A stretch of 32,000 nt of DNA from contig NZ_MPKA01000060.1 in assembly GCF_001945605.1 (NCBI RefSeq), positions 25,131 through 57,130 on the forward strand. Direction: 5' to 3'. The position numbers and the translations under genes were made by a program. This document shows positions 26,009 to 32,000 of this stretch, one piece after another. Each line of letters opens with the position of its first letter. The first letter of the stretch is position 1. The notes beneath the pieces are model-generated. The model ran no database searches, was not told the origin of the DNA, and saw only the letters and a program-made list of their open reading frames with translations. The DNA is from Dubosiella newyorkensis. Lineage in GTDB: Bacteria; Bacillota_I; Bacilli_A; Erysipelotrichales; Erysipelotrichaceae.

Positions 26009-27700
26009 ATGAAAGAACTAAGGATAAATTATAAATCAATAAGGCTTGGTTCTTTTCTGTATCTGTCTCTTCCTGTTGTGTTATTTTTTATAGGCTTTGT
26101 AAAATGGAACATTGCGCTTCCCGCGATTCTTTTTATTGGATGGATTGTTTTTAAGCTGGGAAGAGAAAAGGAAGACTCTCGATATGTAACGTTTAAAATA
26201 AATACTTTATTGATTGTTATTTTTATTTTTATTCTTTGGGCTTATTTTGGAGGACAAGGTGGATTATTTTATCAAACAAGTGATTGGAATGAACGAAATG
26301 CGATTTTTAGAGATTTGATTCAATTTGATTGGCCTGTTTACTATCCAAAAACAGATACGATGTTGACTTATTATATTGGTCATTGGCTTCCAGCAGCAGG
26401 TATGGGCAAAGTAATCAATATTTTATCTTCTAATCGTGTGCTCGCCTTTCAAATCGGAAATCTATTTCTTGCGTTATGGACTATTATCGGGGTTTTGTTT
26501 ACTTACTTGTTGATGATAATTTATATTCAACCAAAATCAAAAAATTTAAAGTGGATTATTCTAGTCGTCTTTATTGGTTTCAGCGGTATGGATGTAATTG
26601 GATGTATTCTTGAAAAATGGAACTGGCAAACATTTATGGAATGGATGCATTTGGAATGGTGGTCGCCAGGCTATCAATTTAGTTCTAATACTACCGATCT
26701 TTTTTGGGTTTTTAATCAAGCTATACCAGCTTGGGTAGCAACCATGTTATTTTTGAATGAAAAATCTCCAAAACATTATGCATTCATCATTGGTTGTCTT
26801 TTGTTAGCGGCTACTTTTCCGGCAGTTGGCCTTGCGGTTTTGATGATTGGAAAATACATAGGCGATTTAATACGAGTGATTCATTCCAAATCGCAAAAAA
26901 ATTTTTTAATAGAAACTTTATCTGTCTCTAATATTGGATCTGTTCTTCTTTTAGTTCCTACTATCCTTTCTTATTTATTGATGAATAGCGCTATTGGAAA
27001 GACGAAAGAGAATACTTATGTTTTGTCAGACCAGCTACATCTTACTTCAACAATGAAGGGATTGATAATCGTAATGAGTATTGTCGCATTGATTGGATTG
27101 ATCTATATATGGATAAAAAGAAGAGAAGTGCAAAAACAAAAATCTTTAAGATTTATTTTAGGTTCATTAGTTTTGTTATTGCTTTTAATTGGGATGGTCA
27201 TCACACATCCAGAGACTCGAAGAATTTATTTTGTTTTTTTGACTTTAGAATGTGGAATATATTGGCTTTGTTTAGCTCCAGATTTTGCAAACCGTTATTT
27301 ATATTATTTAATCGCAGGAACTTTGTTAGTATTTCCTATGATTCATATAGGAACTTCCATTGATTTTTGTATGCGGGCATCTATTCCAAGTTTAATTATC
27401 TTGACCACTTTATGTGCCAAGAAAATATGTGACTGGATCTATAACGGAAAAAGATTTAATGGAATACAAAATGCAAGTACTATTTTACTCATAGGTTTTC
27501 TTTGTATAGGTAGCATTACACCTATCGTGGAAGTGGGAAGAGGAATTTACAAAGCAACGGAATCGGGGACAACAAGTCTTCAAGCAGATCAAATCAAGTC
27601 ATTAAACAAATATCATGAGACAGGAAGAACCTACTATAACTTTGTGTCTGAAGATTATAAAAATAAGTTTTTTTATAAAAATTATGCAGTGTTGAGGTAG
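26009..27700 (+). CDS. Large polytopic membrane protein, putative GT-C-fold glycosyltransferase or polymerase
   Basis: 563 aa with more than 10 hydrophobic segments. It contains an aromatic and acidic loop, QTSDWNERNAIFRDLIQFDWPVYYPKTD. AAGGAG RBS. I recognise no specific family. Confidence 0.6.
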   Translation: MKELRINYKSIRLGSFLYLSLPVVLFFIGFVKWNIALPAILFIGWIVFKLGREKEDSRYVTFKINTLLIVIFIFILWAYFGGQGGLFYQTSDWNERNAIFRDLIQFDWPVYYPKTDTMLTYYIGHWLPAAGMGKVINILSSNRVLAFQIGNLFLALWTIIGVLFTYLLMIIYIQPKSKNLKWIILVVFIGFSGMDVIGCILEKWNWQTFMEWMHLEWWSPGYQFSSNTTDLFWVFNQAIPAWVATMLFLNEKSPKHYAFIIGCLLLAATFPAVGLAVLMIGKYIGDLIRVIHSKSQKNFLIETLSVSNIGSVLLLVPTILSYLLMNSAIGKTKENTYVLSDQLHLTSTMKGLIIVMSIVALIGLIYIWIKRREVQKQKSLRFILGSLVLLLLLIGMVITHPETRRIYFVFLTLECGIYWLCLAPDFANRYLYYLIAGTLLVFPMIHIGTSIDFCMRASIPSLIILTTLCAKKICDWIYNGKRFNGIQNASTILLIGFLCIGSITPIVEVGRGIYKATESGTTSLQADQIKSLNKYHETGRTYYNFVSEDYKNKFFYKNYAVLR

Positions 27701-27715
27701 AAATGGAAGTGTAAA

Positions 27716-29587
27716 GTGAGGGAAATGATAAAAAAAGTGAATTGGCAAAAGCAGATAAAACAGTTATGGATCATTAATTTATTTTTTCTGATATTTTATA
27801 TGAGTGCTATTTATAGTTCTAGTTGGAAAGTAGTAAGAGCCAATTGGATGATGTTAGAGGGAATTTTAATTATTGGAAGCATAGTTGCTTTATCTTATAA
27901 GCTAGGAAAATTTAAAATAGAAAAGAATTTCGAAATAGAAAAAATTATAAAAAAGAATTGGTTATTCTGCTTAATTTTTTTAGGAAGTATTCTTATTAGA
28001 ATCTCTCAACTTACTGGTGGAATTATTTGGGATGCAGGTGAATATTATGGTCGACTAATTACTGCAACGGAAAAGTTTGACTTTTCGTTAACGGCTTTTT
28101 TGGATAATTTTAATTTAGCAAATCACCCTAATTATGGATATACCTTTTTCACAGGTATTGGAGAGTTTTTATTTCCTAGAAAAGTTTGGGGAGTGAATTT
28201 GGTAGTTTTAATTTTAACAGCATTTGCACTTGTTTTTTTATATAGAATATTTAACAAATATTTAAAACTAAATAAAACGACATCTTCTCTTTTGTGTGGT
28301 TTATTTAGCTTCTCACCATTAGTTCTTGGTACCAGTGGATACTATAATCCAGATTATGGAATTGCTTTATTTTTTATATTTATAATGTATTTTTTTCTCG
28401 AAAAAAAGTATATTTTATTTACATTTTGGAGTATTTGTTTTGTATTTACAAAAGAAGTTTCAGCGATTATATATTTTTTCTTTATTGTAGGCATTCTAAT
28501 GGCGAAATTTCTCGAAAAAAAAGATGAAAAGGTTGGAAATAGTTTTTTTATCATCTTTAAGAATCCAGTTATATATATATCTATCATAGTTGGTTTGTTC
28601 TATCTTGGATATATGAAATATATTGGAGGAATAACTAAATGGAAACAAGTAGAGGGAGCTGGAAGTAATTTTACTTGGAATAACGATGGTTTTAATTGCT
28701 TTGGGTTTAATAGAGAATACGTAATCCTTAAGTTTCAGCAAATGTTTATTGAAAACTATAGATGGATTATTATTATCCTGGCTTTCTTTGGATGTTTACT
28801 GATTCTTCTCTTTAAAAAGAAATTGAATTTATCCGTCAATAAGTATTTACTTTTCAGTATTGTTTTAAGCTTACTTAGTTATATTTGCTTTAATTGTTTA
28901 TATATTACATTTGCTTTAGTTCGTTATAATTATATATCTGATCTCTTAATTATTATAGTTTTAGGAATGATAATTAGTGAAATTTCAAAATTAAAGGCAA
29001 AAAACATTATAAATGGATCGCTGATAATGATTTGCGTTATTTTTTGTATAGAGAGTTTTGTAACGACAGATCCAATTTCTAAGGCTATTTATCCATTTGT
29101 GCCTACGAATTCTATTAGTATGATTTATCCCGGATACTTAGAAAAAGAAATTTATTATGGGGATAATTTAGTTTATAACAACCAATACTCTTTTCTTTCA
29201 AAAAGCTATAATCAATTTTTAAAAAATATAGAATATGATGAAAAGAAGATGGTGGCTTTTCCGGGGAACTTTGATGGTAGTCAGATAAACGGAAATGGCG
29301 AAATATATCAAGTAAACTGGGATAAAAAGAACTCAAGAAGAACGTTTGAGAATCTTTCTGATTCGGTAATTCCGATTAAAACGGAAAATTTGGAATCAAT
29401 TCTTTCTATTAAAAAGAAAAAAGATATGCCAGAAGAAGTAGTAGTTCCTTTTATTCCTTACTTCTATTGGAATTTAGGTAAAAACGAAGTAAAAGAAGAA
29501 ATGAAGAAAAATTATGAATTGATTTTAGAAGGAAAGACAGAAGGGATTCAAGGGAATATAGAATACCAATACTATAAAAAGAAATAG
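27716..29587 (+). CDS. Large polytopic membrane protein with a C-terminal ~180-aa soluble domain, GT-C-like (ArnT/PMT/YfhO-type architecture)
   Basis: 623 aa. An early loop, GGIIWDAGEYYGRLI, carries a D.xE acidic motif where GT-C enzymes have their catalytic Asp/Glu. Multiple TM segments run to about residue 440, followed by a hydrophilic tail. The start is uncertain (GTG 27716 or ATG 27725). Confidence 0.6.
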   Translation: MREMIKKVNWQKQIKQLWIINLFFLIFYMSAIYSSSWKVVRANWMMLEGILIIGSIVALSYKLGKFKIEKNFEIEKIIKKNWLFCLIFLGSILIRISQLTGGIIWDAGEYYGRLITATEKFDFSLTAFLDNFNLANHPNYGYTFFTGIGEFLFPRKVWGVNLVVLILTAFALVFLYRIFNKYLKLNKTTSSLLCGLFSFSPLVLGTSGYYNPDYGIALFFIFIMYFFLEKKYILFTFWSICFVFTKEVSAIIYFFFIVGILMAKFLEKKDEKVGNSFFIIFKNPVIYISIIVGLFYLGYMKYIGGITKWKQVEGAGSNFTWNNDGFNCFGFNREYVILKFQQMFIENYRWIIIILAFFGCLLILLFKKKLNLSVNKYLLFSIVLSLLSYICFNCLYITFALVRYNYISDLLIIIVLGMIISEISKLKAKNIINGSLIMICVIFCIESFVTTDPISKAIYPFVPTNSISMIYPGYLEKEIYYGDNLVYNNQYSFLSKSYNQFLKNIEYDEKKMVAFPGNFDGSQINGNGEIYQVNWDKKNSRRTFENLSDSVIPIKTENLESILSIKKKKDMPEEVVVPFIPYFYWNLGKNEVKEEMKKNYELILEGKTEGIQGNIEYQYYKKK

Positions 29588-29604
29588 AGAAGAGAGAGGT
29601 AAAT

Positions 29605-30831
29605 ATGAACGAGTCAAAAACTTCTAAAAATGTAATCTATAATACCATAGGGACATTCTTTTATTTCTTTTGTCAATGGTTGACAACTATTCTTGTAGTC
29701 CGAATAAGTGGGTATAAAGATGCGGGTATTTTGTCGATTGTGATTTCTTTTACAAATATTTTTTATTTCATAGCTTTATTTGGCGTTCGAAATTTTCAAG
29801 TTACAGATATTAATCATGAGTTTACAGATCGGGATTATTTTGATTCGAGACATATTACATCTGGAATAGCTCTAATTCTTTTTGTGATTTCATTGTTTTG
29901 TATACGATTTAGTCATATAACAGTAATATGTTGTATTTTTTATATGATATTTAAAGTTTTTGAAGGATATACAGATGTGATTTTTGGGATTTGGCAAAAT
30001 CATGATGGATATATTGAAATCTTGGTTTCCTATATTGGAAAAGGAATTTTAACGATTGCTGGTTTCTGTATTGGATTATATTTATTTAATTTGCCAATTG
30101 CGATTGCGATTCAAGCCCTTCTATATTTCTTATTTATTGCATTGTATGACGGGAATCAAATAAAGAAATTAGTAAATGATTTTGAAGTAAAGACAAATCA
30201 ATCTAAAAAGATGCTAATTCCGTGCGTACCTTTAATGATTTATGGATTGATCGTACCTTATTTGAATTTTTTATCTCGATATGTGGTGGAATTAAAATTT
30301 GGAACAGAGATACTCGGTTATTACTCTTCTATCACAATGGTTTTTACCGTGATGAGTACATTAATGGGATCTATTTTTGTAACAGTACTTCCTAAAATCG
30401 CTTATTTATATCAGACAGGAAACTATAAAGAACTGAATAAGTTTATTTTGTTAGCAAACCTAGGAATTGTTGGATTTGGCGTTTTATGTGTAGGGTTAGG
30501 AATCGTATTGGGAAATTTCGTATTTTCTATTTTGTTTGGTAAGCAAATTCTTGATTATATGTATTTGTTAACACCAACAATTATTGCTTCTATAATCTTA
30601 TCTTTAGTTTCTTTGACAAGCTCTATTATGATTTCTTTTCGAAAAAATCATTTAATGCTAATGATAAATATAATTGGTGTTGTATTGTGTACGTTGTTTA
30701 TTTCATTTATAGTTGATTCTTTTAGCTTGGTCGGTGCTTTGTATGCATTGATTTTAAGTCTCGCTATTATATATATTATTTTATTTATAATTATTGAATT
30801 TGAGATCGCTAAAAAGAAAGGATACATCTAG
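29605..30831 (+). CDS. MOP-superfamily polysaccharide flippase (Wzx/RfbX-like)
   Basis: 408 aa with about 12 TM segments. The N-terminus NVIYNTIGTFFYFFCQWLTTILVVRISGYKDAGILS is typical of Polysacc_synt proteins. GAGAGG RBS. Confidence 0.7.
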   Translation: MNESKTSKNVIYNTIGTFFYFFCQWLTTILVVRISGYKDAGILSIVISFTNIFYFIALFGVRNFQVTDINHEFTDRDYFDSRHITSGIALILFVISLFCIRFSHITVICCIFYMIFKVFEGYTDVIFGIWQNHDGYIEILVSYIGKGILTIAGFCIGLYLFNLPIAIAIQALLYFLFIALYDGNQIKKLVNDFEVKTNQSKKMLIPCVPLMIYGLIVPYLNFLSRYVVELKFGTEILGYYSSITMVFTVMSTLMGSIFVTVLPKIAYLYQTGNYKELNKFILLANLGIVGFGVLCVGLGIVLGNFVFSILFGKQILDYMYLLTPTIIASIILSLVSLTSSIMISFRKNHLMLMINIIGVVLCTLFISFIVDSFSLVGALYALILSLAIIYIILFIIIEFEIAKKKGYI

Positions 30832-31880
30832 TGAATTGTTTGAATTTAAGATCTATAGTAAAGAAAGGCGATTTATCTCTTAAAAAAAAGAAAGTTTTTT
30901 TTGGAATATTATTAGCTCTTTTTGTTATTCTTTATAATTTTATATGGATTGATAAAACATTTACAATGTCTGAAGGTTGGGCGCAATTCTATAACGGTTT
31001 ACTTGATCAAGGAAAAATACCATATAGAGATTTTTATTTTCATCTGCCTCCTTTGAATTTATTGAATGATTATATCATATGGAAATTATCTTTTGGATAC
31101 TTTATTATCTATCGAATGTGGAGATTGGCGGAGAGGATTCTAATTGTAGAGATAATGTATTATCTTTTAATTAAAAAAGTGAAACCTAGTATTGCTTTTG
31201 TAGGTTGTTTTATGGGTGCCGTATTTGGGAGTGCTACGGTATTTGATTTAGGAGGAGATTATAACCAACTTCAGCAATTGTTAATCGCTCTAATAGCCTA
31301 TACTCTTATTAAATATATCGAGAATATAAAAATTCCGAAGAAGAAATATGGTTGGTGTATAGCAACAGGAATTATCGGCGGATTAATGTTTTTGACAAAA
31401 CAACCATTAGTTTTAGCAAGTCTTGTTTGTTTTGGTATAATGATGGTTTTCTTATGGATTTTAAAAATTGATAAAAATATTTTCAGAACGATTTTTTTTG
31501 TGGTTTTAGGAGCATCTATACCGTTATGTATAGCAGGAGCATATCTTATTAATAATAATGCAATCCACGATTTTATTTATCAAGTTTTTCAAGATACTGG
31601 CTCTAAGGGATCGCTTTATGAAATTGTATTTGGAAGAATTTTAACGACTATAAAAAATAATATTTTTGGAATATTGAGTTTAATTTTTTGCATTCTTTCC
31701 TATTATATGTATATAAACCAGAATCAAATAAGAAAAAACTATGCATTCATGTTCGGAATTTTAGGAGGAATATTTGGAAGTTATTATATTTGGAATACAG
31801 GAGATGTAGCAAAAAGAGTTATATTGTTTTTTTTGTTAATGACACTTCTTGTTTCTTTTTTAACATTAAATAATATATAG
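30831..31880 (+). CDS. Polytopic membrane protein, GT-C/PMT_2-like first-loop motif; short for the family
   Basis: 349 aa. After the first TM segment comes a loop, FTMSEGWAQFYNGLLDQGKIPYRDFYFHLPPL. This resembles the acidic-residue...PYxDF...PPL loop of PMT_2/GT39-like enzymes. The only start that retains TM1 is non-ATG (GTG 30831, a 1-nt overlap with the flippase stop). Confidence 0.55.
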   Translation: MNCLNLRSIVKKGDLSLKKKKVFFGILLALFVILYNFIWIDKTFTMSEGWAQFYNGLLDQGKIPYRDFYFHLPPLNLLNDYIIWKLSFGYFIIYRMWRLAERILIVEIMYYLLIKKVKPSIAFVGCFMGAVFGSATVFDLGGDYNQLQQLLIALIAYTLIKYIENIKIPKKKYGWCIATGIIGGLMFLTKQPLVLASLVCFGIMMVFLWILKIDKNIFRTIFFVVLGASIPLCIAGAYLINNNAIHDFIYQVFQDTGSKGSLYEIVFGRILTTIKNNIFGILSLIFCILSYYMYINQNQIRKNYAFMFGILGGIFGSYYIWNTGDVAKRVILFFLLMTLLVSFLTLNNI

Positions 31881-32000
31881 ATTATCCTAAATAATCCGCC
31901 TTTGCTCAAATGACTTGTTCAAATCATTTAACACTTAAACAATAAAGCGTTTCAATAATAAAGATAGATAGAAAGAAGTGTATCTCTATGAATCCAGCTT

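Larger units (their letters stand above)
19600..32000 (+). other. Low-GC, GATC-poor wall-glycan biosynthesis island; its right end lies beyond the window
   Basis: Ten same-strand genes with short or no intergenic gaps. Hand-counted 60-nt lines give 20-37% GC here, versus 52-57% in sampled backbone lines. GATC count: 1 in nt 27721-28920, versus 33 in nt 1-1200. Confidence 0.8.

Noticed and set aside
27109-27363. 84-aa + strand ORF in an alternative frame inside the 563-aa membrane-protein gene (similar out-of-frame ORFs at 12673-12963, 13897-14304 and 15801-16172)
   Set aside because: These are out-of-frame overlaps within well-supported longer ORFs, with no independent start signals or recognisable motifs.
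31881-32000. Possible next gene start (ATG at 31988 after GAAAGAAG) and a small AT-rich inverted repeat AAATGA...TCATTT
   Set aside because: Only 13 nt of coding sequence are visible, and the 6-bp all-AT/one-GC stem is too weak to call a terminator. This cannot be supported from the window.
1-32000. Search for CRISPR arrays, tRNA/rRNA genes, IS elements, integrases and defence-system hallmarks (nucleases, ATPases, toxin-antitoxin pairs)
   Set aside because: I saw no regularly spaced direct repeats, no cloverleaf-like or rRNA-like segments, and no transposase, recombinase or defence-type ORFs. Every ORF above ~150 aa is assigned to housekeeping or glycan functions.

Overview
Annotation is by eye only (ORF track, motif recall, hand counts); no BLAST or HMM search was run. 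The window looks like a Bacillota (Firmicutes)-type chromosome with two very different parts.

(1) Backbone, nt 1 to ~19.2k. Sampled 60-nt lines are ~45-57% GC and GATC is extraordinarily dense. It carries:
- a partial AI-2E permease on the minus strand, a TrmH/SpoU methyltransferase and a DUF4438-like protein;
- a translationally coupled priA-rsmB-rlmN-stp-prkC-rsgA-rpe-thiN block facing rpmB. This is the B. subtilis yloM..yloS/rpmB synteny, here without def-fmt;
- a polytopic membrane protein with a C-terminal His...Cys domain;
- an isolated mraY-murD pair followed by a UppP/BacA paralog with degenerate catalytic motifs;
- a triple-SH3b membrane protein, a compositionally odd small secreted protein, and an LCP ligase.

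(2) Glycan island, ~19.2-19.6k to the window end. Composition collapses (sampled lines 20-37% GC, GATC almost absent). A same-strand island of at least 12 kb follows:
- an acyltransferase-3 protein;
- rfbF-rfbG-rfbH plus an RfbS/RfbJ-like reductase, which is a CDP-3,6-dideoxyhexose pathway with no E3 reductase gene;
- a GtrB/ArnC-like polyprenyl-phosphate glycosyltransferase;
- three large polytopic GT-C-like membrane proteins and a MOP/Wzx-type flippase.

This island is my best candidate for an undescribed system: a dideoxyhexose-fed, lipid-carrier-linked extracytoplasmic wall-glycan module.

I saw no rRNA, tRNA, CRISPR array, transposase or integrase.
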